DNA of 62,174 bases, filler included, from Sphacelaria rigidula (GCA_964200075.2; 10 parts of 10 records of this genome joined end to end with filler, not necessarily neighbours in it), one strand, 5' to 3'. Positions 11,882 through 25,735 are shown, counted from the first letter of the whole stretch. Notes: generated from the sequence alone by a model not told the origin. Program-made: numbers and translations.

Positions 11882-13721
11882 CTGTTTTTGCGGTCAAGAC
11901 AGCCATGCACAGTTTTTCTTCCATGAGAGACACTACAGTGGTATGAGAAGAACTCCATTTTTTTTCTTTTTCTCGAAGTGAAGAAAGTGCACTTCCCAGC
12001 AGGTTGAAAATTAACCGAAGACAACTTGACCCACTGAGCGCCAGGATGAGGTATGAATCGGCATCATTTTCACTTGAAAATAAGTGTGAGATCCCTGCGA
12101 CCCACCCCAGAGGGTCGACGGGGACCGAAACACATGATATCGTACTTACTATTTTTGTGATTATTATATTAATGCTTTTTGAAATTGGAAAAAAAAAAAC
12201 TTGAAAGCGTATTCAATACAAGCAAGAGGTTATTTCTCTCATTAAGGCCGGATGTTATGGCAAACAGATTTTTGGCCCACGGATTGTTCACCTTCATGAC
12301 GTTTGACCCAACTTTTGACCCCCAAGCCGAGAAAACCGCCAACACACGTCTCGGACNNNNNNNNNNNNNNNNNNNNNNNNNNNNNNNNNNNNNNNNNNNN
12401 TTAATTAATTAANNNNNNNNNNNNNNNNNNNNNNNNNNNNNNNNNNNNNNNNNNNNCTAAATCACCGCTATATGGGTATAGCGGAGTTGCCCTGAATAAC
12501 GGCAATTTTGCCGCCTGGCACTACATGCCGCTATATCGGGGCCGCTACTGTACCGCAAAAAAAAACGCGATCCGCCAAACCAAACCGGTATCCTGGTTGC
12601 CCATCTTGCGCGGTGAGTGGCGTGTTTTACGCGCACCGTTGTATTGCCAACCGACGCCAACCCCTTGAGACGAGATGAAACAATAATATCCCCAGGGTGT
12701 CTTTGGTCTCGGTAGGGGGGGGGGGTATATCACTCGTTAGGGTATATAGGTTGTACGACCTTTCCAATGATACTGGTCACGTGTTCAGATTCGTCGTTCT
12801 CGGGCCGCGAGTGACTAGCACGTCAAATAACACCCCTTTCCCCCTGAGGATTTTCGGGGAGGAGAGACGTCATTGACACTACCCCCGAGGAAGGGGGTGG
12901 GGGGCAGGAGGACTCATGGAGTCGAAGGGTCAGGTGAAAACGTTCTAACGAGGCCCCCAGCATATTCACGGGTCTCGCAATTTCTCCGTCAATCCTCACG
13001 GATTTAGCCAAAACGGTGGATAACACCCCCATCCTCCTGGGGAAGAGGATATCTAGAGTTGATATCCCCAGTTCAGGAAAAACAGGCGGTCGGACATGAA
13101 TCCTATATTTTTCACATGTTCTATTGATGCGTTCCTGCGCTTAGATGCATTGTCTTTTGTTTGTAACGGAAGATACCACCCGCATGATAATGATTTCGGG
13201 GGGGTGATGCGTACATGACGTCCAGCTGAAGAATTTTTCTTCTATTTTCCCGCTTTTTGTTCCCTAAAACATCCCAAAAACACTTTCATATCAGCCGGAA
13301 GTATCGCCATTCTCAAATGCACGGTAGAAACCATCCCCTGCGTCACCGTGCATCACCTACTCAAGCCAAGTTGATCAATGTTGTTAATATACTATCATGT
13401 ATATCAAAATTTGGGCTCTGTATGAGTTTTTCAATGTGTTGAACTCGAAAATATCATAATCTTGGCCTTGACGATCACGAGTGTGCCCTCTCCCAATGTT
13501 TTCTTCTGCACATGTGGGTTACAGTGACAGTATCAATTGCGCTCCTGTGATGACAATTTGATATGGGGTTCGGAATGTAGCTTCTGGACCTTAGCCGTTG
13601 TACATGAAGTGTCGCCACGAGCCACGGTACGGTCCAAATCCCATTTCATGGTGTCACCACGGGAGCGTAATAAGCCATCAATATATAATTTCATCTTCTT
13701 CATTTGTCTCATTTTTGTCAC

Positions 13722-14013
13722 ACGTTGAACCCCTCCCCTTCCTCGGGCAGAGTCCGCGTTCTCGAGGGATCAACCCCTCTCTCCCCGGCACACGCCTTGC
13801 ATTCTGGCCTCGCGAATGGGGTCAGCACTCCCGCACCGCGTCAACTCTCGTCAACAAACTCAGCCATCTACTTTGTTTACTGACGCACTCACGCTTTCGA
13901 CGGTGGAAATCAGATACAGACAGAACAGAAATTTCAACGCACCGGGAATCCAACCCACGTCCTCTCCACCCTAACGGTGACAGTCGGATCATTACACTAC
14001 CGGGGAGCAGCGG
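13722..14013 (-). mobile_element. tRNA-headed SINE, family B
   Basis: Minus-strand box A-like TAGTGTAATGA (13989-13999) and box B GGGTTGGATTCCC (13944-13956); partial copies at ~7150-7220 and ~33760-33880. Confidence 0.7.
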
Positions 14014-15420
14014 CAAGATACTATCCCGGTAACCTCCGAGTGCAGCAAAATGTATCTACAGTACAACAGTGCATTGCGCTAGCAATGTGTGATTTATCTA
14101 TACTAAGTGTGCCCCAAACTGCATAATGACGCCATCAGCACTGTCGTTGCTCGGGAGTGCCGACGTTCCAGACTTTGAAATGCAGGGGGAAATGGTGATG
14201 GGACACAACACCTATGAAGTTTCATGTGTTGACGCGCAAAGCATGCATGGAAGACGTGCAAAAATGGGGTAAAGGATTGTGTTTCCCATGGCTGAAAGAA
14301 CGGCCCCAACTACAAAAAATCTCATCTTATCTTGTTAAAAGTATCGACTACAGGTACTGGGGGATGGGTGCTCCAGACATACGTGCCAGGATTGATATGT
14401 GACGTTTCCACGCCACTTTTACGAACAACGAGAGTAACCTAGGGTCGGTTTGGACTTGTTTACTACAAAAAAGGACACGCCACGCATTACACCTACCCTC
14501 ACCACCCCGTCACTGGCCAAGTATATATACATGTATCATGACACATACGCTTCACTCTCCGCCACACTCCCTGGGCGCTAAAATGGCACCTTCTGCCATG
14601 GAAAAGAAAAAACGGTCCACTGAAAAGCAGTACCGATACACAACATAGTAACAACAAAAATCTCAAGAGAATCGCTGGACACATGCAATGGTGCGTTATG
14701 TTTCAAAAGCAACAAAAGACGGCGATGAGATACAGGAACCAAACGAAGCGCCCCTCAAACAATTGCATGATGGCCAACGGTATCGCGTGAATCGCTTGCT
14801 TCACACTTCCCGCACGCGCACACAGCAGGATTGACGGGAGAGATGCTCCAAGCCACGACATCCCAACACAAATTACCACGACGCATTTTTTACGTACATT
14901 ACCACTACCCTACTTTTACGCGCAGCGTATATGCTACTCCCAGTCACCACAACGCACACGCAAGAGGACCTACGTAACGTACCGAGCATCCGCCCACCTT
15001 TGTTATCGCACATTACGGATATTTTACGGAACACGATGACACCTACATATATAGTTTTCAACACAACATATGTGCAGAACCAGCCATATGCATCACCTCC
15101 AAGGGTTACTTATGAATGACGGAACTCTATGACACACAGAACACTTAGATACATGTTGACGTCATAGAAGCAAGTCGAGTGTTTTATCTATAGCCTACAC
15201 AGCAGACAAGTCTACATAATTACTGGAAAATGCGAAGTGCCGAAAAAGAACGTCTGCAGACTTCTTCACCAAGCCTGTTCCAGCTTACACATGTACTTCG
15301 TCAGAATCGTTTTGTTTCACGATACGGTGACGATTTCGCCCATTACTCCTTCTCGCGAACTTAACATACGACAGCGCAGCAACACAAAAACACGCGACCA
15401 CCATCGCGGCCAACACGTGG

Positions 15421-15502
15421 TCATCCACTCGCATACCGTACGCTCTCGCCAAAACTCACTCGAGTGTGCAATGCACCCTCCACTAGCCTACCTCTGCTTC
15501 TC
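15421..15502 (-). CDS. Possible alternative terminal exon of the MYB gene
   Basis: Pyrimidine tract ttttctcttgtgctcgcctag|G; phase-compatible with the donor at 15625; (W)RSRGRLVEGALHTRVSFGESVRYASG*. Confidence 0.35.
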
Positions 15503-15621
15503 CTAGGCGAGCACAAGAGAAAATGGCATATTCCCACATAGCACTAGCCGAAAACAGTGCACCACCTGATACTACATCTCAACAGCCTCCTGTAGATTCA
15601 TTCGACCGTCGTACATGCTGC

Positions 15622-16994
15622 TCACCACGACAGGGGCATGTCCCCAACTACCATGCCTTCTCCGGGAAGGTCTAGAAAACTGCAGCAAGATCGCAAAGGC
15701 GCTGCGCTATCATTTACCTCCGTCACCTCACCCTCGTTATTCTTGGCCAAGGGGGTCAGATCTCCTAATTCGTCTCGAACGTCTTTGGACTCCACCTTAC
15801 CGATTTCCTGCTTCATTGTCGGTACTGCTGGCACCACGTTCCCCTCATTAACCCGGGTCGAACCGGGATCGACAAAAACTGACAACTCAGAACCACGCGG
15901 TACGTTGCTTTTGGGGTGGTCATGGATATCCTCCATGATGGCGCTCAAGTCGAACGCAAACAACTGGGACAGAGAAGGGTCCGGCATAACTTCAGAGGAA
16001 GCGCGGGAAAAATCCGTGGCCGTCTCGGGTAGGGCCGTACCAGCTGAAGATAGGGAAACGGGGGTCACATAAGACCCGACTCCCCCACCTACAGAGGGAG
16101 CGTGCTCGGTACCCTCGCCCTTGATCGCCGGAATCTCGATCGGCGTTGGCACCACTTGCCTTTCAAAGGGCGCGTCGTAACTCCTGCCGACGAAGGACGC
16201 GCGGTTGTTTAGGTCAGACATTCCAGGCTCGGTGATGGGAACGGTTGCCCTCGAAAAGTAGCACGTCGAAGACGAACGGGGAACCGTGCTGGCCACTTGG
16301 TGAACCCCAGGTAGCAGGGCTCCTTGTGCCATTGAACTCGTTTTCCACGGACCCCCGAGATAGTTGTCATCAAGCGCTGAGGAGACAGTTAAAGTAGGGG
16401 CAAGACCACGGACAGGACCGGCAACGGAAGTGAACGAAGCCGGAGAGGCCGCCGATGATGTTCCGCCGCCCGGGTTTTGATGGAAAAACGGCGAACGGGG
16501 CGGACTGAACGGCATCGTCCTTCCGGAAGAGTTGACCGAGGAGTGGCTGGGAAACGCTGCCCAGGGGTTGCTCTTGCGTTCAGGTTTCTCCCTGAGAGCG
16601 CAGGTGCTCGTAAGCACGGAGTGAACGGTTGGCGACGGCATACTCATGTGTTCCTGCTTCAGGTCAGTGTCGAAGGTGTCTGCTGCCGCTGCGGAGGTGC
16701 TACGTTGTCTGGATGACGTCGAGGCAGTCCCCTTTCTCGAAGTAGAGCCGCGCGTGGAACCAGAGCTTGGGCTCGGCTGGGCGCCAGTGCCCCTGCGCTG
16801 TAGTGCCTTGCAGCGGATCTTGATTGAGTTCTCGGTGCGGCCAGGCAGTCGCGCGGCGATCTGACTCCATTTGTTGCCAAGTCGCGCCTGGGTTTCGATG
16901 ATTATCTTGTCCTCCCTTGGGGTGTACGCGCTCTTGTTGATAGATGGGTCGAGGTGGTGATACCAGCGTTCACGGCACTGCTTGGAAGTTCTTC
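15622..16994 (-). CDS. MYB-domain transcription factor, large exon (end of one repeat, full next repeat, long Ser/Pro-rich tail)
   Basis: Acceptor ...tttgacgcag|GA at 16994; (G)RTSKQCRERWYHHLDPSINKSAYTPREDKIIIETQARLGNKWSQIAARLPGRTENSIKIRC is the MYB R2/R3 pattern; open to TGA at 15622-15624, which overlaps a possible donor (TG|gtgagc); upstream exon not found in the contig. Confidence 0.92.
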
Positions 16995-17770
16995 CTGCGT
17001 CAAAGTTGAACGTTGGGAAAATACAGAAGGTAACCACGTTTAATCACTCATTCACAAACTTCAGTTTGGAGATTGATCCGTGGACGCTCCAGGAATATCG
17101 GAGGGAGCGCGGCGGTCGATTTTGAGGGGTAGGGGAATAGGTTCCCTGTTTGTCGGGAAAAGCTTGTGAGATGACACGGGTGTTTTCAGGAATCCAATAG
17201 GTCGGGCAACGAGCCTGGAGAAAGTGAAGTGACTGAAAGTTTCGCTAGGACTGATGATGCATCGCAAATAGTGCAGTATCACCCAGTCGGCAGTCAAGCG
17301 GTATCTCACCGTTTCTACAACAACCACCCACTCATTGAAACGCGCCAAAGAAGTCTTCGCAACCCACCTACCTTTTTTTGTTCTGTCAAGATTGCTGCAC
17401 ACTGCTGTTGTGGAACATGGAGCAAAGCTAGGGATAGCGTAGGCTGTGTGCAGTAAGAATCCATGACAAGTTGATCGTATTGTACTCCACTCTCGGTTTT
17501 AGCACGGTACAGCACCAATACAATGTGACACCCAGTGTACTGCAATATTGGATGCTTCAGGCGTGCCACCACTGCGCCGAAAGTACCAAGAGTGTTAAAG
17601 TACGGGTGTGGAGTGTTTTTCGTGCATCACAGCAAGATTCTCCTGACCGCGGCTCATGAGCAAGTAACGGTGAAGCCCGGTGTCACGTGGCAACCGTATT
17701 TTTCATGTGGGCGTCAATTGTTCACCAAAAGCAACCATTCCCAACCTCCACGCTCGGCCAGCCAGTAACC

Positions 17771-18138
17771 AAGGAGACAGGCCTCAGGGCCAAGATCACT
17801 AGTTCCCGTACAGGTTCATTTTTTTGTGGACCGAAAGTGTTGTACTCGTGGACAACGTAGTCCCTTGTGTCACTTATCATCCCACCAACCTACCCCTAAC
17901 CCCAACGAAAAGCATACCATGAACCCTCCGACAAAGAGGATCCACACCAGAGACAAAGGAGACAGGCCTCAGGGCCAATATCACTAGCTCCCGTACAGGT
18001 GCATTTTTTTGTTGACCGAAAGTGTTGTACTCGTGGACAACGTAGTCCCTTTTGTCACCTATCATCCCACCAACCTACCCCTAACCCAAACGAAACACAT
18101 ACCATGAACCCTCCGACAAAGAGGGTCCACACCAGAAA
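17771..18138. repeat. Direct tandem duplication, two ~185-bp units
   Basis: AAGGAGACAGGCCTCAGGGCCAA...CCACACCAGA occurs twice with few differences; the CTAACCCCAACGAA..AACCCTC part recurs at ~47150-47200. Confidence 0.9.
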
Positions 18139-21100
18139 CAGTAGCTGTGTAAGGAAAGTGTTGCTGCGGGAGTGGGTTATAGGCGCCGTTGCTTGGCACC
18201 GTTGAACCGTGCGGGCAAAATGGTTACTCTTCTCCCTTACAAGGCTTGTACGATCAATTTGCCAAAGGCAGTCAGTACATGCAGCAACGAAATTGCAGTA
18301 ATATTCCGGACTGAATGACTGCCTGCTACTGTCGTTGCTCGAAAGCTGTTCTCAGGCAAGACCTTCCTGGTCAGCACTTAACGGCGCCGGTCAGGAATGC
18401 AATGGCAGGTGGTTAATAATATCACATCCCTGATCCTAGCTATACCTCGCCTCAGCTTAGGATAACTCTCCTCACATGATCGTTTTTGGCGACAGACCCC
18501 CCCCCGCCCCCCCCACGACACACAAGTACGATAGGGCAGGCTGGAGTAAGGTGGGATAAAGAAGTCAAGAAAGTGTGGAAGGAGNNNNNNNNNNNNNNNN
18601 NNNNNNNNNNNNNNNNNNNNNNNNNNNNTTAATTAATTAANNNNNNNNNNNNNNNNNNNNNNNNNNNNNNNNNNNNNNNNNNNNCGGTCAAGTGGTCCTG
18701 CGGAGTTTTGGGGGGGGGAAGATACTTTCGCTCTGTGTTACTCTTTTGTATCATCCCTGCAAGAGAGAAATGCGACTTCAGCCCCATTTTAGTGTTGAAC
18801 CCCAAAATTTCAAATCGGCTGTTTTTTGGCATTTAGGTTTCTATTATTTGATTCCTTTGGGAGTTCGGATTTATTTCGGAATATTTTCGTCTCGTTGTTC
18901 GCAGCAACGTGGCATGCCAACCATGTGAAACGTCCCGTGGTTGCAATTTTCGTTTGATTGTTCTAGTTTTTGTTCCTCGCGCCCTACGAAGTACTACCAA
19001 CAGTGTTTCCGTGAGATTGATAGAGGATACGATCGAGACTGAAAAGCAGTCAATTAGTGACTGAATAGTTTCATTTTCGAAATGCACCTCCGTGAGGCCC
19101 GATGTGCTTAATTTTGTAGCTCGCCACTGAGGCCCTTGATATCCCTGAGTTGGATACCGACGTGTAGCTGTAAGCACACGCTAGTGATCGAGACAAAGAA
19201 AAGCAGACACGGGATGAAAAATTGGCTTAGTTCTAGCGAATGATCAAAGCCGCTCTCAATCAGCATTCTACTCTCAATCTCACGAAAACGTTGTTTACCG
19301 TAGTTTGGTTATGATTTTTTCAACTTGATCCTCCACATGATTGCGATGATTTTGGAATTATCGAGAAAGAAAATAATGGGGGGGGGGATTTACTTTTTGC
19401 TTCCATGATTCTCTTTTCGGGTAATTAAAAACGAAGAAAACTCATGTGATGGGGTTATCCACAGCGGAGTATTTTGGGAGAAAAATCATGCAATGGGGTG
19501 ATCCACGGCGGGGTATTTTGGATAATTTGATCCGTCGGTTGGTTATGGATTCCGAGGGGGAACTTGATATTTTGCGATCCGCGCTAAAATGTTTTTGACA
19601 AAGTAATTCACCGGCTCTGGACTTTGGGTTGGACATTTTCAATTGCGGAAAGAACATGACGTGGATTCAACCTCGAGTATACTTCCGAAAGTGGAACGAT
19701 TTTTCGTCTTGGGTGTCATTAAACACTTGACTATCCACCCGCCGTTTAACATGCGGGACTGACTATGCACCAGGATAACTCACGATAATTGACTCTGGGG
19801 CCATCGATGTTATGTTTTCATGTACTACCTGGAAGCAATACTCCCTGCAAATCAATATGTAATATTGAATCGGGGGGAGGCGTTTTAATCCGGAGTAATT
19901 TATATGTTGTGTTCTCTCCAGGGTGTGGCGTTCATTCAGGGAGTAATATCCGTCCTGATATTTGGGTGAGTGTACTGTTTATGCAGAGTAACCTCTTATT
20001 CGATTTCTTTGCATGCACTTGGACGCTGGTATACAGGGGTTGATTTTTTGTGGAGGAGAAAATATTCCAAGAATGGGACGATGAGTTTGACGATTTGGGG
20101 AATTCATCGGGCCGGATGACGAGCGAAATTTGCATCAAAGATCAGTAAGTCGAAATTCAGTGGACTGATCAACCGCCAATTTTGATTATAATATTTTTAG
20201 TGCTTACAGATTTTGGTCTTATGTTCCGAGTTTCTCCCTGATAGGATATAAGCAGTACAAGTCGTTGTGAAATGCACGAGTGTACTGGTACATAAATTTT
20301 CTCTGGGTATTCTAGGGTCCATGAAGTGAACGAGGTTCGAAAGAGATTTTTTCGTGTTCTGACATACAAAGGATCCAAGCTTGCAAGTTTTCACTGATGA
20401 GGGTTGTATCAACTATTCTAGGCAGTTGATAAATGGTCGACATCAGGGAGGCTAATGTTGTTTTTCTATAATACAGAGTGGTACAAACAGGAGCAGATCT
20501 CTGTGTTCTTATGTTGGGACAGATGGAAAATCTATGTATTGTTGTATATTCGAGCAAACCTCTAGTTTGAGCGATTCGAACTTGAATTGATTCGATTTCA
20601 ATTTGAATTTTGTTCTCGAACTTGAGGGGAAGTGGTCCACACACCACTACTGCAAGTTTTCATTTTGCAGTGTTAATTTTGCGTACGAGTTCGAGGAGTC
20701 ATGTTATTGTTCAGTGGAATGATATCTTGGTCACTGGACATGTTGACTGTAGACACTTGCCTGATGTAGACCATGTTATAGACGGTATGTTGAACCGAAT
20801 TTCACATAGACAACAGCATCTTGTTACTATGAGAATAGTGCGTTTTTGACATGTTCGAGTATTGCAAGGTTGAGTGTGTTTCTCGAATGTCATCATGGTA
20901 ACTGAGGAGTATGAAAAGGGTGTCCCCTGTGCATTCATGTGTGATTTTTTGTTGTTCCAAGGAAGATCTGGGAACTGGTAATGATTGAGATTGATACACA
21001 TATGTCTATTTGTTTTGTGCTGACTGACGCAAACAATTGTTGAAATGGAGCATGGATAGGTTACGAGGAACTGATGATATTGAGTTTTTGAGCTTTCGAT

Positions 21101-22216
21101 TGCTAAAGTAGACAAGTTTGCGACGTCTGTGCGTGGCTGGAAAGGCTTTTTCCTGACGGGATCGGATTTCTTTTTCAGCTCTTGGTAATATAGTGTTGGA
21201 TTCATGTCCTAAAGAACATGAAGTATTTTCCCGTTTTTAGAATGAGGCACTATGTATTCAGGATAAACTGTCAGTCCTAGAGCCGTAAGCAGGGAGGCTA
21301 ATCGATTATACTCACGCTCCAGGATCTGCCTGGATACAGGGGAAATGGATATCAAGATTGGGTCATGATATACAGGGGAAGTACGAATAAGAAACTAGTC
21401 CTGTTATTTGAGGTATACCCGATGTGGTGCTTGCAGTACAAATCTACTGGGGGCACACGTCTTTTCGCGTGTCGAAAATATGAGATCATGACATGTCATT
21501 TTTTATGAGCGTTTTCCCCAGGAATGACTACCCCACTTCTTTCAGTCTTGGTGTTCGTTCGGTTACTTCTGATTCAGTGTGTTTTCGGTGTGTGTGTGTG
21601 TGTGAGTGGGCAAATATGGGTGAATCAATCACAGAAATGATACCTGGTCTCCACTGGCCACGGCAGGCCTACAACTTCCCCCGACAATGTACCCGGTGCA
21701 TGAGGCTTTCTATTATAAGGACCCTCCAGATCCTCTGCAAGGTACCTTGCCACGGAGGGTCAGAAAGCTGACCTTGCCAGGGTATAGGTTGGAATCCATG
21801 AAAGGTCGCAGGCACATTCAAGGCAAGTGTACCATCGTAGTGGCCACTGGGGTGCCTGGGACGTGCCTGAATCAATGTTCCCCACGTTCTGCAACGTACC
21901 TTGCCGGGCAAGGTCGGGAACTTGACATTGCCACACGTTGCCGGTGACGTTGCCGGACGTTGCCAGGGTATACGTTGGGACCCACAACAGGTTGCAAGCA
22001 CGTTGAATGCAGCTGTACAAGTTACAGGCGCGACTGGTTTTCAAACTCCAAAAAATAGGGGGGGGGGGACTGCTCATAATCTTGCATGGTGGGGGGGGGG
22101 GGGGGGGGGGGGGGGGGGAGAGGTAGTCATGAACTTGANNNNNNNNNNGCGTGAGGTAGGGATGTTGAAGAGGATGAGAAAGTGTGGGTGGGGGGGGACG
22201 GCGGATGGTTTAGGGT

Positions 22217-22253
<37 letters not shown>

Positions 22254-22459
22254 GAGAGGTAGTCATGATCTTGCATGCCATAGTCATACGAACTGGGACA
22301 GCGTTGGCACGGGTTGAAGCTCTCAAGGCAGTGTCTCATCGAGAAAGCCGACTCAGGCCGTGATCTGCATATATATCGCATTAACCGCCGAATGAAGGGA
22401 AAGGTGCCCATCTGCTCAAAAGTCTGGCCCAAATTATTTCGTTGATTATACCTCGTGTA

Positions 22460-24665
22460 GTAGTAATTCCTACGGGCTAGGTCAGCCTGGAAGTGGATTT
22501 GGAATCCACAGGCGCATTTGCAATTTTCTACTCGAAGCTTGACCCTGAAATTTGGTATGGGCAATCAACAGGGCATACAAAACAATGTGCGGGGTTCCAT
22601 TTTGTTTTTTTCGTCAGTGAAGGGGTATTCTACTGAAACCCGAAAACAGATGATTGCCCTTAAGTCAGGAAAAAAAATGGAACTCCATACATTTTTTTGA
22701 TGCCTTGTTGATTGTTTATACCAAATTTCAGGATCCAACTCTAATTAGAACATTGCGAATTTGCCTGTAAAAATCGGGGCCGGTGGATATTCAGAACAGT
22801 ATTTTGCAGGCCGTTCACTGACCCACGTTTGGTGTTTGTGAATCGAGACTTTGTGCGGGATCTCGCTAGGTCATGATGCACCAACAAATATGGATCAGGT
22901 TGGTTCCATTAATTGTTTCCACTGGTTCAAGGCGTTTCAGTATGGTAATGCCCATTTTTTTACGAGAACGCCCGAACCTCTCCCCCCCAAAAAACAATTG
23001 AAGTCCCATTTTTGTTATGCAGCCTAACTCTGTGATTCCCCATGCTAAGTTTCAAACCACAATTCGAATAATTGAGCAAAAACATACAGATGAGGGCTGA
23101 GAGCAATGTTCGTTTATGAAAACTAGCCCTAAACACGAAAAAAAATGAAGAAAAGAAACGAAAACAAAAGATCTTGTATCGTGCACTAGTGTTTCTCCAT
23201 ACGGAATTCCATAGTACAACTCTCGAAAACTGAGACTCCCCATCCAGATTCAGGGCATCTAGTGCCTCTGCTCGTAATATATTGGTTTCAGTATAAATGG
23301 TTATGTGCGCCATATCTCGAAATAGATTGCGAACTAGGTGAAGGTGAGGGGATCTATCGTCTCCCCGTGCTCCAGGGAAGGTCCACACCAAAAATCGTCC
23401 GCTGAATGTATCGTTTCGGGTTCCATATAGATTTTAGTGTGGACGCTATCTCCGTACGGTATAGGGATTACTAGACATGGGGTTTAGTCAACGAGAAAAT
23501 ATTGGCCAGATTTTTGAGCAGATGCTCACCCTCACCCTCATTCGATGGCTAATGCGACATGCGGATGACGGCCCAACTCGTCTGTGTCGATGAGATATTG
23601 CTTCGAGAGCTTACATGCATTTGTAGGCTGGCCCAGCTCGTATCACCCTACGGAGGAGATACCGTGTATACTAGAGTCTTTATGAAACCCCGAACGATAC
23701 CTTTAGCAGATGGCGACGATTTTTGGTGTGGACAATCTGTGGAGCAGGCGGAGACGGGAGATACCCCCACATTCACGTAATTCGTCATCTATCTCGAGAT
23801 ACGGCGCACATAAGATTCCACACTATCATCAATATATCAAGACCAGAGGCACGACTACACAAAATCTGGATATTGCGTCTCAGGTTTTGAGAGTAGTGCT
23901 TGGAAAATTCGTATGAAGAACCGGTAGTGCATACTAAACAAAAAAAATGAGCATTTATTTTGCTACTTCACCCTTTGTTTCTTCTTGATCTTAGTCTTGG
24001 CGACTTTTTAGGAGGCATGCAAATTGATCTTCGACCTCATCATAGGTTTTCAGCTCTTTATTGAAAATTCTGATTTGACACGTGGCATAGAGAACCACAG
24101 AGGTTTGTTGAATGAAATAGAATTAAAATGGGCCTTCGAGTTTATTTTTCTAAGATTCGAGCGTTCCCGTTGCAAAGTGCTCATCACTATACAAAAAAGC
24201 CCCAAAATAGTGAAAATAGGAAATTGTACCAGACGGATCCACTTTTTTTAGCTTATCAAGCCCTAGCGAGGTCCCACACCAAATTTCAATACACAAGCAC
24301 AAACGTGGGATCGTAGGTGACCTGCAAAATACGGTTCCAAACTGCCACCGACCCGGTTACTAAACGGCCCATTTTCATCTCCCACTTTGAGAGCTGGTCC
24401 CTGGAATTTGGTATGCACAATGAATAGGGCATGCATGGAAAAAGGAAAGCTAGACCCAAAGATTTGGTTTATATATCCATGAGTTACAGGCCATAGTACC
24501 TTACTAGGTCTCACAAAAATGCCCCCAAGTTATGAAAATATATGCATATATATATATATATATCTTTGGGTCTGGCATTCCTTTATTTTTTCATGTCCCA
24601 TTCATTGTGCATACGAAGTTTCAGGGGCCAACGCTAAATATTCAGGTGAGAATGAGCCTCCAGCC
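22460..24665. repeat. Composite non-coding repeat with internal inverted repeats
   Basis: IR pairs ~22535-22575/22700-22745 and ~24370-24465/24560-24660; segments shared with 43594-43683 and (inverted) 49650-49720. Confidence 0.65.
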
Positions 24666-25735
24666 TACAAACCCGCTTTTAGGCCTCGCATCCCCACGAA
24701 GTCGGGACGGAGCACGCCGGGTTCTCGCCGGAGGGGGGGGGGTGGGGGGGGGGGGGCAAAGGGGGGGATGGGGGGACACAGCGGCGGGCTAGAAGCCCGG
24801 TTAAGAAGCGGGNNNNNNNNNNNNNNNNNNNNNNNNNNNNNNNNNNNNNNNNNNNNTTAATTAATTAANNNNNNNNNNNNNNNNNNNNNNNNNNNNNNNN
24901 NNNNNNNNNNNNGCGTGTTTTATAGCGTCATCGCCAACCGATGCCAACCCCATCGGGGGTCCGCCCCTAAAAAGCCGGGACGGAGCACGCCGGGTTTTCG
25001 CCGGACCAGACTAACTAAAAGGGGAGGGGGGGGGAGGGTCACTCATCATTTTGCATGCCGCAATCATGAGACCGTTGCCCTCACATCCCTACAAAGACGG
25101 TTCCGAGCACGCCATGTTTTTGCTGAACCAGACTAGCAATCACCAGGCGCTAAGAGCCGTGATGCGTTCGGCGATTCACATGAGGAGTGGCGGCGCCCAG
25201 ATCAAAGATTGAAGAACAGACAAAACCCGCGACGCTATCGGGGCTACGGTGTATCCTGGCCGAGAGGTCTCGAAAAGCACCAACGCTGTTGTGTGTATAC
25301 GGGGTAAGGGATCATTGATACCTACAGATTTCATCGTAGTACAGCTATAATACATAGATTTGCTGATCTGATTAATATCTGAGATTGTTTGCGGAATAAG
25401 TTTCAAGCATGTTCACCCCCCCCCCCCAACCCCCGGCAGGTGAATCCTGGGCAGACCCCAACCGCGCGGCACCGAGACGAGTCAGCACACACCCCCCGCC
25501 AGCCATCCACATACAAGACAAATAGTGCGCTCCGGGCCGAGCAATCTTAGCCCGATATGTAACAGCGCGAGACACGTGGACGCACGTTGCGACTTATCCT
25601 GTGCGGCATCTTCAACGTGGAGTCACGCGGCAGGGGCCGGCCATCCTGTGTGCCTTTATTTGTTTTCAGCAGGAACAGCACGACACTATATCCATCTCGA
25701 CGTTATTTTTTTTCCCCTTTCTCTCTTTCACTAGG

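Noticed and set aside
15638..16880. Overlapping plus-strand and alternate-frame ORFs over the MYB exon
   Set aside because: Shadow ORFs of a GC-rich coding exon
22057..22252. Long G homopolymers as functional G-quadruplexes
   Set aside because: Adjacent to an assembly gap (22139-22148), so run lengths are unreliable; they belong to the poly-G repeat family
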